From: an uncultured Candidatus Saccharibacteria bacterium
GTDB taxonomy: Bacteria; Patescibacteriota; Minisyncoccia; Phycocordibacterales; UBA9973
Direction: 5' to 3'
DNA length: 64,000 nt
Assembly (NCBI GenBank): GCA_964527185.1
Contig: CAZGOI010000001.1
Span: 234,410 to 298,409 of the forward strand
Shown here: in pieces, positions 11,403 through 19,869 of the stretch
Position numbering within the stretch: position 1 is the stretch's first letter
Layout of the letters: each line of letters opens with the position of its first letter
Translations under genes and position numbers: made by a program
The notes under the pieces: model-generated
Database searches by the model: none
What the model was told of the DNA's origin: nothing
What the model saw: only the letters and a program-made list of their open reading frames with translations

Positions 11403-12811
11403 TTGATATAAAAAATCTAACAATCGAAAAAGCCCACGAGTCACTAAAAAATGGGGAATATACAGTCTCGCAACTTCTGGGCGAATACTTAAAAAATATC
11501 AAAGAAAAAAATAAAGAGCTAAATGCATACCTTGAAGTTTATTCTGATACCGAAGACCAAGCTCTCCGAGCGCAAGAAATGTTTGCAAACGGCACGGCCA
11601 CGCTTTTGACCGGCATCCCAATCGCGCTCAAGGACAATATTTTGCGCGAGGGGTTCATCGCTTCGGCGTCGTCTAAAATTTTAGAGAACCACAAAGCCAT
11701 CTATGACGCTTTTGTAATTAAAAAATTAAAATCCGAAGGCGCGGTTTTTATCGGTCGCACAAATATGGATGAATTTGCCATGGGCTCGTCGACCGAGACC
11801 AGCGGTTTCGGCGTGACAAAAAATCCATACGATACATCGCTTGTGCCCGGTGGTTCATCTGGCGGTTCGGCTGTTTCTGTGGCCTCTGGTATGGCCCTGG
11901 CCGCACTCGGTACCGAGACTTGTGGTTCGGTCCGCCAGCCAGCTTCATTTTGTGGGTTGGTTGGCCTCAAGCCTTCATACGGGGCGGTTTCTCGATCTGG
12001 AATTATCGCCATGGGCAGCTCACTTGACCAAGTCGGGCCGATGGGCAGAACCGTTCGCGATGTCGAGATTATTTTTAATTCTATAACTGGCCACGACCCA
12101 AACGACAGCACGTCTGTGAAAGATGAAATGCGCAAATCACCATCGCCGTTAAAAAAAATAATTGGCGTGCCGAGGTCTTTGGTTAAAGAAGGAGTAGAAA
12201 AAGAAGTTCTTGAAAATTTCAATGCCAGTTTAGAGAAATTGAAAAGCGCAGGCTATGAAATCGTCGATATCAATTTGCCGATACTTAAATATTCTCTGGC
12301 AGTTTACTATGTCATCATGCCGGCCGAAGTTTCGAGCAACCTGGCTCGCTATGATGGCATGCGCTATGGTTTATCTGTCGACGCGCCGACTTTATATGAC
12401 GTCTACGCTAAAACCAGAGGCGTCGGTTTTGGTCGCGAAGCCCGCCGCCGAATACTTCTTGGCACATACATACTCTCGCACGGCTACTATGACGCCTATT
12501 ACAACAAAGCTGTAACGGTGCGCAATGCAATTTCTCGCGAACTGTCAAAAGCATTTCTCGATATCGATGTTTTTGTGACGCCGACTGTGCCATTCCCTCC
12601 ATTTAAACTCGGCGAGAAAATCAACGACCCGCTCGCCATGTATCTGTGTGATGTTTTTTCGGCTCCGGCCAATCTTGCGGGCATATCTTCTATCTCTATT
12701 CCTTCTGGTAAAAATAGTGCTGGCCTGCCAATGGCTATACAGTTCACCGCGCCGTATCTTTGCGAAGAATATTTATTTAATATTGGGAAAGATTTCGAAA
12801 AGTTAGTATAA
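11399..12811 (+). CDS. gatA: Asp/Glu-tRNA amidotransferase subunit A (amidase signature)
   Basis: 470 aa. Amidase signature GGSSGGSAVSVASGM, Ser-cisSer-Lys triad context. Confidence 0.9.
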   Translation: MIDIKNLTIEKAHESLKNGEYTVSQLLGEYLKNIKEKNKELNAYLEVYSDTEDQALRAQEMFANGTATLLTGIPIALKDNILREGFIASASSKILENHKAIYDAFVIKKLKSEGAVFIGRTNMDEFAMGSSTETSGFGVTKNPYDTSLVPGGSSGGSAVSVASGMALAALGTETCGSVRQPASFCGLVGLKPSYGAVSRSGIIAMGSSLDQVGPMGRTVRDVEIIFNSITGHDPNDSTSVKDEMRKSPSPLKKIIGVPRSLVKEGVEKEVLENFNASLEKLKSAGYEIVDINLPILKYSLAVYYVIMPAEVSSNLARYDGMRYGLSVDAPTLYDVYAKTRGVGFGREARRRILLGTYILSHGYYDAYYNKAVTVRNAISRELSKAFLDIDVFVTPTVPFPPFKLGEKINDPLAMYLCDVFSAPANLAGISSISIPSGKNSAGLPMAIQFTAPYLCEEYLFNIGKDFEKLV

Positions 12812-12818
12812 TATTTGC

Positions 12819-13496
12819 ATGGCAGAAGATAAAGCAGAAAGTCACGGCCTGGGGGCAGATTGGTTGCTCTGGCTCATCATAGTTATCGTCGCGATTGCAG
12901 TCACAACTTATGGTTTTCAGGCGCCGTTTAACCCGACTTATATAAATCTCGAATACGTTTTTGAAAAAATTTTGGCTACGATTGGGCCAATCTATGCTTT
13001 TTTTACGAGTGGCCAAACTTGGGTAACCGTCGGCATTATTTCTTCGTGTATGTCGATATTTTTTATTGCAATTATTATATTTTCTATCGTGCGCATGCGA
13101 GAAATCCAAAACCATGAAAAGATAGAGCTCGATCACGAGATCAAAGAGGCCCTGTTGCGCGACCAAGACGCCCTGCGTAGCCAAAACCCTCGCTGGCACT
13201 ATATTCAAACTCTGATTGAGAGCCCGAACGAATCCGACTGGCGGGTGGCAATCATCGAGGCCGATACTATGCTCGACGAAGTTCTCACAAAAAAGGGGAT
13301 ACTCGGCGACACACTGTCTGACAAGCTCGAACAAGCGCGGGCCGAAGGCTATGCCAGCCTGCAAAATGCTTGGGATGCCCACCTGGTGCGCAACCAAATA
13401 GCCCACGCCGGTTCAAACTACCCACTGTCGCAGATCGAAGGCCGACGAGTCATCCGACTCTACCAAACTTTTTTTGAAGAGATAGGGGTGATATAA
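12819..13496 (+). CDS. Membrane-anchored HEPN/DUF4145-like protein
   Basis: 225 aa. Two N-terminal TM helices, then a helical domain ending in an R-x4-H motif (LVRNQIAHAG) in DUF4145-like context. Confidence 0.35.
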   Translation: MAEDKAESHGLGADWLLWLIIVIVAIAVTTYGFQAPFNPTYINLEYVFEKILATIGPIYAFFTSGQTWVTVGIISSCMSIFFIAIIIFSIVRMREIQNHEKIELDHEIKEALLRDQDALRSQNPRWHYIQTLIESPNESDWRVAIIEADTMLDEVLTKKGILGDTLSDKLEQARAEGYASLQNAWDAHLVRNQIAHAGSNYPLSQIEGRRVIRLYQTFFEEIGVI

Positions 13497-13498
13497 GT

Positions 13499-14668
13499 TC
13501 AAACCTTAGATTCATTTTGTTTTTCTTCAATCTCAAAAATTTTTGAAATAATCTTTTGTGGTTCTAGTGGCGGTGTTAGATGATATATACCCGGTAGATC
13601 TACAGAAACCATCTGCGCATTCTCTTTCTCAAACCTGTCGTGGATACGTGAACTTTTCGTCATGTCATCCTTACCTCCAGTTATAACTATAATGTTACCA
13701 CCATTTTTTACTTTTGCTGATTTCCAATCACAAATTGGCTTACAAACCTTCTTAATCAAAGAACCTATTATTTGCTTTCTTAATTTAGCCTGTTCTTTCT
13801 CCCTCGGTTCTTTTGTGTTGGTAGGAAAATTAAGTTGAGCAGTTGAAACTTTCCCAAAAACCTTTAATTCTTTTAGTGTACCGGCAATAATACTACTAAC
13901 GCTCTGTTCCACAACTGCAACCGGCATTATCAATGTGGCATTTTTTGTTCTATCTTGATATTTTTTGTCATTGAGTATCTCGGCTATGATCGTAGCACCA
14001 GTAGAGTAACCCCAAAGTTCAAGTTCTTGGTTGTCACCAAAAGTTTTTTCAATAATTGATTTGTACAATTTAACGTGTGGGTTAAATCCTGAATCTTTTT
14101 CAACAGCATCAGCGAATCCCGGGGTTGCATGACCCATGAATGACTCTGGAAAACTAGCAATCACTAGTCTTCGACCAGAGAGAGCAGTTTGTGTAATTAA
14201 AGCGCTGACACACTCTATATCGTTGCCGAGACCGGGGATAAAAAATATTGGAGGCTTGGTCTTATTTTCTGAAGTCTGCAATGATTCCGGTGGGAGCAGG
14301 TCTGCCATTCTAACTTTTTGTTCACCGTATTCTGGCATATCAACAGACATTTCTATTTGATCAAAATATTTTTCGTTTACTTCATCTAGTAGATGTGCCT
14401 CCTTAATTATTTTTTCACGTTCTTCACGATTCTCTTTTGGGGTTAGCTTTAGTTTCTTAAATAAATTTGCCCGGTCATATCTATTGAAAAGAGGTCTGTC
14501 ACGACCAGCTCTATTTTCTGGAGTTCTTGCAAATTTACTCTTGTGAGTAACCTTACTCTGCAAATAATAAACTTTGTCGAAAAGTTCAGTTAGATTTTTT
14601 AAAGGCTCGCTCTCCTGTTTTATTATAGGATTATTCTCATTTAGTCTAATTTTTTCAAACATGCCCAT
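13499..14668 (-). CDS. Alpha/beta-hydrolase fold protein
   Basis: 389 aa. GxSxG nucleophile elbow (WGYSTGA), HGxxxxG-like PGLGND oxyanion region, late Asp/His. Confidence 0.5.
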   Translation of the reverse strand: MGMFEKIRLNENNPIIKQESEPLKNLTELFDKVYYLQSKVTHKSKFARTPENRAGRDRPLFNRYDRANLFKKLKLTPKENREEREKIIKEAHLLDEVNEKYFDQIEMSVDMPEYGEQKVRMADLLPPESLQTSENKTKPPIFFIPGLGNDIECVSALITQTALSGRRLVIASFPESFMGHATPGFADAVEKDSGFNPHVKLYKSIIEKTFGDNQELELWGYSTGATIIAEILNDKKYQDRTKNATLIMPVAVVEQSVSSIIAGTLKELKVFGKVSTAQLNFPTNTKEPREKEQAKLRKQIIGSLIKKVCKPICDWKSAKVKNGGNIIVITGGKDDMTKSSRIHDRFEKENAQMVSVDLPGIYHLTPPLEPQKIISKIFEIEEKQNESKV

Positions 14669-14756
14669 ATTATACTATTATAGTAGATGAGAATCAAAAA
14701 CCTGAATAAAAAGATTTACTTGTTAGGGGTTTTGGTTAATAATTAGATATAGATAC

Positions 14757-15794
14757 ATGAAAAAACGCAAGAGAAAAATCTACTGGTTGGTCGTCTTAGT
14801 ACCCCTGGTCGTATTGAGTGTTTTTTTTATTTTAACCAAAAATAAAAGCGAACCCCAAAAACCATTACCTGAAACAAAAGAAATCACAAGTATAGACCCC
14901 TACACTAAAAATATCAACGAACTTTTAAAAATCGTAGATGAGCAGGATCCTCGCGTGGCCTTGGCCGAACTACAACATCGTATGGACACAGACCCATATG
15001 TCTTTCAAAACTGTCACGCTATGGCTCACGAAATCGGTCATGAAGCATATAAAAAATACAAAGACTTCGTCGTCGCCTTATCCCACGAGGAAGTGACTTG
15101 TAGTGATGGCTATTTGCATGGCATCATCGAAGAACGATTTACTAACATCACCGATATTTATGGGGAAATGAAAAAAGTTTGTGCTGGCTATACCAAAGGA
15201 CTAAATCGTTGTTACCATGGGGTCGGACATGGAGTAATGTATTACACGGGGAACAACTTGCCCAAAGCCCTAGCGATCTGTAAAACATACAGAGGTATAG
15301 CCCAAAAACGCTGCAACGAGGGGGTATTTATGGAAAATTTTATTTCTGGGAGTAAAGAACACCCATCAAAATATCTCGACCCCAAAAACATAGTTTATCC
15401 TTGCCCCTCGCAAACAGCGGGTTATAAAAATTATTGCTATTTCTATGTACCCTACTACTTCCTCCACCTCCATAACTATGATTTTAAAGCGGCCATCGCT
15501 TGGTGTAGCGATCCATCTTCGGGGATAGAAAGTTCCTATGTGGCCACTTGCATCAGAGGCGCGGGAAGCATTGCTATGAAGTATAATATTAAAGACCCGA
15601 AATACGTCGAGAGTATCTGCAATACTTCCATACCTGCTGCTCGAGGGTCATGCATAAGTGGCATGGTGAGCTACTATTTAACCTTCACCAATAAACTTTC
15701 AGAAGTAGCCAAAATGTGCACCCTGCTCGACAAACAAAATAAAATTTACTGCAATAAAGCTGTCAAGCAAAAAGGAGGATTTATTATAAATTAG
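14757..15794 (+). CDS. Membrane-anchored Cys-rich protein with HExxH motif
   Basis: 345 aa. N-terminal TM anchor, AHEIGHE zincin-like motif, about 20 Cys in repeated C-x(9-12)-C-x2-G units. Confidence 0.3.
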   Translation: MKKRKRKIYWLVVLVPLVVLSVFFILTKNKSEPQKPLPETKEITSIDPYTKNINELLKIVDEQDPRVALAELQHRMDTDPYVFQNCHAMAHEIGHEAYKKYKDFVVALSHEEVTCSDGYLHGIIEERFTNITDIYGEMKKVCAGYTKGLNRCYHGVGHGVMYYTGNNLPKALAICKTYRGIAQKRCNEGVFMENFISGSKEHPSKYLDPKNIVYPCPSQTAGYKNYCYFYVPYYFLHLHNYDFKAAIAWCSDPSSGIESSYVATCIRGAGSIAMKYNIKDPKYVESICNTSIPAARGSCISGMVSYYLTFTNKLSEVAKMCTLLDKQNKIYCNKAVKQKGGFIIN

Positions 15795-15825
15795 TTAAAA
15801 AATCTTATTAACAAAAATAATTAAT

Positions 15826-16542
15826 ATGAACAAAAAATACATGCTGTTTGGGTTTACAATAATCGTCTTAGTGGTCGGGATAGTCTGGTACACCTCGAAC
15901 TCTTCAAAAAAACCGAGTCCTCCCGCCGATGAAAACACCACAGAGATTATTATGTCGGCTTCGGGGTTTAGCCCAAGTTTAGTGAATATCCGCTCTGGGG
16001 AAGTGGTCCGTTTCCAAAATAGCGACACGAGTCCCCACTGGCCAGCTTCTAATCCCCATCCTGCCCATACCGATTACCCTGGGTTTGATGCCCTCCACCC
16101 AGTGGCTCCAGGACAAAGCTATAGTTTTAAATTTATAAAAGTAGGGAGTTTTGGTTTTCACGATCACCTCAACCCAGGGCTTACGGGTCAAGTAGTAGTA
16201 GAGCCAGCACCCGGGTCAACCCAAGACGAGAACAAAAAATTAATCGAAGCAACTCCGCTACGAATTGGCAATATCACTTGGCATCCGAAAAACTTTATCG
16301 ATAAAGAAGTATTTCTAGTGGGATATGTTTTAAAAAAAGAAAAAGACTATGACATATTTTCTGACGAAGCCGGAGGCGCAATTACTTCCCACGACTTGCC
16401 AGTCTCGGGAACAGGTGTAGACCAACTCGTCTTAAAACAAAAATATACCATAACGGGAATCTTTCGATACAAAGGACTATCAGCCAGCAACGGTAGCGCC
16501 TACCACTTGGAGCTCTCGGCAACTCCTACACTAGTTAAATAA
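15826..16542 (+). CDS. Secreted cupredoxin-like-fold protein (putative metal-binding)
   Basis: 238 aa. N-terminal TM/signal anchor. His-rich beta-sandwich-like segment (SPHWPASNPHPAHTDYPGF...FHDHLNPG) with no Cys, which argues against a type-1 copper site. Confidence 0.3.
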   Translation: MNKKYMLFGFTIIVLVVGIVWYTSNSSKKPSPPADENTTEIIMSASGFSPSLVNIRSGEVVRFQNSDTSPHWPASNPHPAHTDYPGFDALHPVAPGQSYSFKFIKVGSFGFHDHLNPGLTGQVVVEPAPGSTQDENKKLIEATPLRIGNITWHPKNFIDKEVFLVGYVLKKEKDYDIFSDEAGGAITSHDLPVSGTGVDQLVLKQKYTITGIFRYKGLSASNGSAYHLELSATPTLVK

Positions 16543-16549
16543 CAAACAG

Positions 16550-16623
16550 CGCGACCGAGCGGACTTGAACCGCCAACCTCTCGCGTGACAGGCGAGTGCT
16601 CTAACCAGTTGAGCTACGATCGC
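16550..16623 (-). tRNA. tRNA-Asp (GTC)
   Basis: Cloverleaf folds by hand: acceptor GCGATCG/CGGTCGC, anticodon loop CTGTCAC, T-loop TTCAAGT. No encoded CCA. Confidence 0.85.
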
Positions 16624-16670
16624 AAAACTATTTAAATCATAACTTCTCAATTTGCCACTATTCTCGCCTA

Positions 16671-16713
16671 GGCGAGTGCTCGCTATATTCCAATTGAGTT
16701 GAGCTACGATCGC
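16671..16713 (-). pseudogene. Degenerate partial copy of the tRNA-Asp 5' half (acceptor 5' strand + D-arm + leader)
   Basis: ggcgagtgctc...agttgagctacgatcgcaaaac matches the 5' half of tRNA-Asp 45 bp upstream, with a scrambled D-loop. Confidence 0.6.
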
Positions 16714-16736
16714 AAAACCTCAAAAAATTGAGGGTG

Positions 16737-16808
16737 TCGGCGGGAAGAATCGAACTTCCGACCTTGGGCTTATGAGTCCCACGCTCTAACCGACTGAGCT
16801 ACGCCGAC
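16737..16808 (-). tRNA. tRNA-Met/Ile2 (CAT), elongator-type
   Basis: Acceptor GTCGGCG/CGCCGAC paired at 1:72. Y11:R24. Anticodon loop CTCATAA. T-loop TTCGATT. Confidence 0.8.
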
Positions 16809-16859
16809 ATGTTCGGCTTTGGGGACATGAGATAAATTGGCATGTCACTTGCCGACTTG

Positions 16860-16930
16860 TTGCGGGGGTTTGAATCGAACAAACATCTTAAGGTTATGAG
16901 CCTTACGAGATACCATTTCTCTACCCCGCT
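16860..16930 (-). tRNA. tRNA-Met (CAT), initiator-like
   Basis: Anticodon loop CTCATAA. 1:72 unpaired (A/A). A11:U24 in the D-stem as in initiators. T-loop TTCGATT. Confidence 0.7.
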
Positions 16931-17059
16931 ATATTCTATTATATAAAAAAGGGCAAATAAGCCCAACCCCCATATTCTACCTAAAATCAGGAATTTTGCA
17001 ATCATTGTTTACAAAATAGGGGAATAATGGTAATTTAGTAAATAATTAAAACAACCTAA

Positions 17060-17326
17060 ATGCAGCTCTCAATAGACAAGGTATCATTCGCGAACGCCAA
17101 AATACGAAGCAGATCAGATCCTGTAAAGATGAAAGTTGTGGTGCGTAAAGAAATAAATGGTGTAATTTACTCCCAATTAGAAGAAGTAGAATTTACCCCC
17201 GAAAATTACTGCACCATAGGTAACATAGATTATTTGTTAGTCGAAGACGAAAATGAAAGCCAAGGCTACATGCACAATTTTTCTTTGGTTAAATCCTCTT
17301 GTGGCTATCGCGAAAAAAATTTCTAA
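17060..17326 (+). CDS. Hypothetical small protein between tRNA clusters
   Basis: 88-aa ORF with no recognisable motifs. Confidence 0.3.
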   Translation: MQLSIDKVSFANAKIRSRSDPVKMKVVVRKEINGVIYSQLEEVEFTPENYCTIGNIDYLLVEDENESQGYMHNFSLVKSSCGYREKNF

Positions 17327-17395
17327 GACTGCTAAGTTTGCCGGCAGTCTTTTTCGTTTGAAAACGAGATTAAATTATAGTAACATCATCCTATT

Positions 17396-17468
17396 GCCGT
17401 TATAGCTCAGGTAGTAGAGCATTTCCATGGTAAGGAAAAGGTCGACAGTGCAAGTCTGTCTAACGGCT
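17396..17468 (+). tRNA. tRNA-Thr (GGT)
   Basis: Acceptor GCCGTTA/TAACGGC. Anticodon stem TTTCC/GGAAA with loop ATGGTAA. Confidence 0.85.
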
Positions 17469-17476
17469 CACTTCCC

Positions 17477-17549
17477 GCCACCCTAGCTCAGTTGGTAGAG
17501 CACGGCTTTCGTAAAGCCGGGGTCCCGAGTTCGATCCTCGGGGGTGGCT
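17477..17549 (+). tRNA. tRNA-Thr (CGT)
   Basis: Acceptor GCCACCC/GGGTGGC. Anticodon stem CGGCT/AGCCG with loop TTCGTAA. T-loop TTCGATC. Confidence 0.85.
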
Positions 17550-17589
17550 CAAGTGTTGATTTTTATTGCCAAAGTGATACCATGAAATC

Positions 17590-18888
17590 ATGATGAAAAA
17601 AATAATATCTCTTTTTGCTATAGCATTACTCGTTTCTTTTTCTCCTGCCTTGGTTGCCCAGGCGAAAGATTTTGGCCAAAAAGACGACTCTAACCAAGTC
17701 TCTACATCTTTTGACAGTGTTACATCAAAAGATCAAGATTTTTATAAAAAATTTAATATCGAGGAGAAATTCGGAATAAATTTTCGCCCACATATCAGGG
17801 TTTGCGGCGATAGTTTGTCGAGCGACGCACACTGCAACGCTCGTGTTTTGACAGACCCAAATGGCAAACCATCTACCTCATCTAGTTTTCCTTCTGGTTA
17901 TGGGCCGGCCCAATTGCGTGGCGGGTATTCTATCGGCGGGCTAGCTAGTTCTAAAAAAATAATTGCCATCGTCGATGCGTATGATGACCCAAATATCGCA
18001 AGCGATCTAAATTTCTACAGCGCAACTTTTGGTTTGCCGGCATTGCCAAATTGCGTCGGGCCGATGGCTAGCTCGTCTGTGGCTTGTTTCCAAAAAGTAA
18101 ATCAGCGTGGTAGCACCACTTCACATCCATCTTCAAATTCTGGCTGGGCACTCGAGATTTCTCTTGACGTCGAGGCTTCCCACGCTATGTGTCAAAACTG
18201 CAGCTTGCTACTTGTCGAAGCAGATTCAGCGAGCTATTCAAACCTCATGACCGCAGTAGATACGGCCGTTTTGCTCGGTGCAAATGTAGTTTCAAATTCT
18301 TATGGCAGCAACGAATTCACCGGAGAAAATTCTTATGACAGTCACTTCAATCACCCTGGGATAGCTTTCACATTTTCAGCTGGCGATTCGGGCTATGGGG
18401 CCGAGTATCCTGCTTCATCACCATATGTTACATCGGTCGGTGGCACCAGTCTTTTCTTGAATCAAAATAATTCTTACAAACAAGAGTTGGTCTGGAGTGG
18501 TACCGGCAGCGGTTGTAGTGCTATCGAACCAAAACCATCTTTTCAAACAGATACTTTGTGCGCAAAGCGGACGGTTGCCGATGTCTCTGCCGATGCTGAC
18601 CCAAATACTGGTGCGGCTGTTTATGATACCGTGCGATATGGTGGCACCCGAGGTTGGTTCCAAGTCGGTGGTACCAGTCTAGCTTCGCCGATCATTGCCG
18701 CCATATATGCCATCGGTGGCACGCCGGCTGCAACTGCCGAGAATTCTCTTCCTTATGCAAATATTTCAAACCTCCACGATGTCACAAGTGGCAGCAATGG
18801 ATCTTGCGGCAACTATCTTTGCAATGCCGCTCCCGGTTACGACGGGCCGACTGGTCTTGGTAGTCCAAATGGTCCCTCAAGCTTCTAA
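17590..18888 (+). CDS. Secreted S8/S53 (sedolisin-like) serine peptidase
   Basis: 432 aa. Signal peptide. IAIVDAYDD (Asp), EISLDVEAS (sedolisin Glu motif), AGDSGYG oxyanion region, GGTSLASP nucleophile Ser. Confidence 0.7.
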   Translation: MMKKIISLFAIALLVSFSPALVAQAKDFGQKDDSNQVSTSFDSVTSKDQDFYKKFNIEEKFGINFRPHIRVCGDSLSSDAHCNARVLTDPNGKPSTSSSFPSGYGPAQLRGGYSIGGLASSKKIIAIVDAYDDPNIASDLNFYSATFGLPALPNCVGPMASSSVACFQKVNQRGSTTSHPSSNSGWALEISLDVEASHAMCQNCSLLLVEADSASYSNLMTAVDTAVLLGANVVSNSYGSNEFTGENSYDSHFNHPGIAFTFSAGDSGYGAEYPASSPYVTSVGGTSLFLNQNNSYKQELVWSGTGSGCSAIEPKPSFQTDTLCAKRTVADVSADADPNTGAAVYDTVRYGGTRGWFQVGGTSLASPIIAAIYAIGGTPAATAENSLPYANISNLHDVTSGSNGSCGNYLCNAAPGYDGPTGLGSPNGPSSF

Positions 18889-18945
18889 ATAAATAAAAAT
18901 TTTTGGCAAAGGGCACGGGCTCTTTAACTTTGCTATAATGTTGCA

Positions 18946-19830
18946 ATGAGCAAAGACACCGAAACGATAAAAAAAGAAATAGAAAGTCTTGAAAATGAAA
19001 TGAATGGGATAGATTTCTGGAACGACAAAGAAAAAGCTAAAAATACAATCAAAAAATTAAACGACCTCAAGAGGGAACTCCTTGGCAACGAGAAGTATGA
19101 CAAGGGCAATGCCATACTATCGATCCTCTCGGGGGCTGGAGGCGATGACGCCGAAGATTTTTCGGCTATGCTTTTGCGGATGTATTTAAAATATATCGAG
19201 AGGAATGGCTGGCAGGTAAATTTGGTGCACGAAAACAAAAACGACTTCGGCGGCTACCGCAACGTCTCGATAGAGGTTGTCGGCCAAGACGCCTATGGCA
19301 AACTTAAAAATGAATCTGGCGTGCATCGATTGGTCCGGACGTCACCGTTTAATGCAAAATCACTGCGGCACACTTCTTTTTCGCTTGTCGAAGTCGTTCC
19401 AAAGTTTGAAAAAAATACAAACGATATAGAAATTGCCCCAGATGAAATTAAAATTGAATTCTCAAAATCAGGCGGCCCAGGTGGACAAAACGTAAACAAG
19501 AGAGAAACGGCTGTGCGCGTGGTTCACTTGCCGACAAATATCGCCGTCCATGTTTCGACCGAGCGATCGCAAGAACAAAATCGCGAAAAAGCTATCGAAA
19601 TACTAAGGGGTAAGCTTTTTAAAAAAAGAGAAGACGACCAAGCGCGCATCGCCCAAGGACTCTCGGTTTCAAAAACGACCGATATCGAGTGGGGAAGCCA
19701 AATCAGAAATTATGTTCTCCACCCATATAAATTGGTAAAAGATCTACGCACCGGCGTCGAGACTGCAAATGTAGACAAGGTTTTAGAAGGAGATTTAAAT
19801 ATTTTTATTGATGCAGAGAGGAATTTATGA
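18946..19830 (+). CDS. prfB: Peptide chain release factor 2 (short form, no frameshift site)
   Basis: 294 aa. SPF tripeptide (RTSPFNAK) and GGQ (SGGPGGQNVNK). TATAAT box about 10 nt upstream, leaderless-like. Terminates with TGA. Confidence 0.8.
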   Translation: MSKDTETIKKEIESLENEMNGIDFWNDKEKAKNTIKKLNDLKRELLGNEKYDKGNAILSILSGAGGDDAEDFSAMLLRMYLKYIERNGWQVNLVHENKNDFGGYRNVSIEVVGQDAYGKLKNESGVHRLVRTSPFNAKSLRHTSFSLVEVVPKFEKNTNDIEIAPDEIKIEFSKSGGPGGQNVNKRETAVRVVHLPTNIAVHVSTERSQEQNREKAIEILRGKLFKKREDDQARIAQGLSVSKTTDIEWGSQIRNYVLHPYKLVKDLRTGVETANVDKVLEGDLNIFIDAERNL

Positions 19831-19869
19831 TATTTGTACATATCCTAATATTGTGTAATAATATTTAGC

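Noticed and set aside
11701-12222. 173-aa minus-strand ORF
   Set aside because: Antisense within gatA (shadow ORF of a GC-richer gene).
18889-18948. Programmed +1 frameshift site in prfB
   Set aside because: No CUU-UGA-C-like motif and no upstream ORF. The 3-codon ATG-TTG-CAA-TGA overlapping the start is in the -1 frame. It lies inside or after the -10 box and does not match the slippery context.
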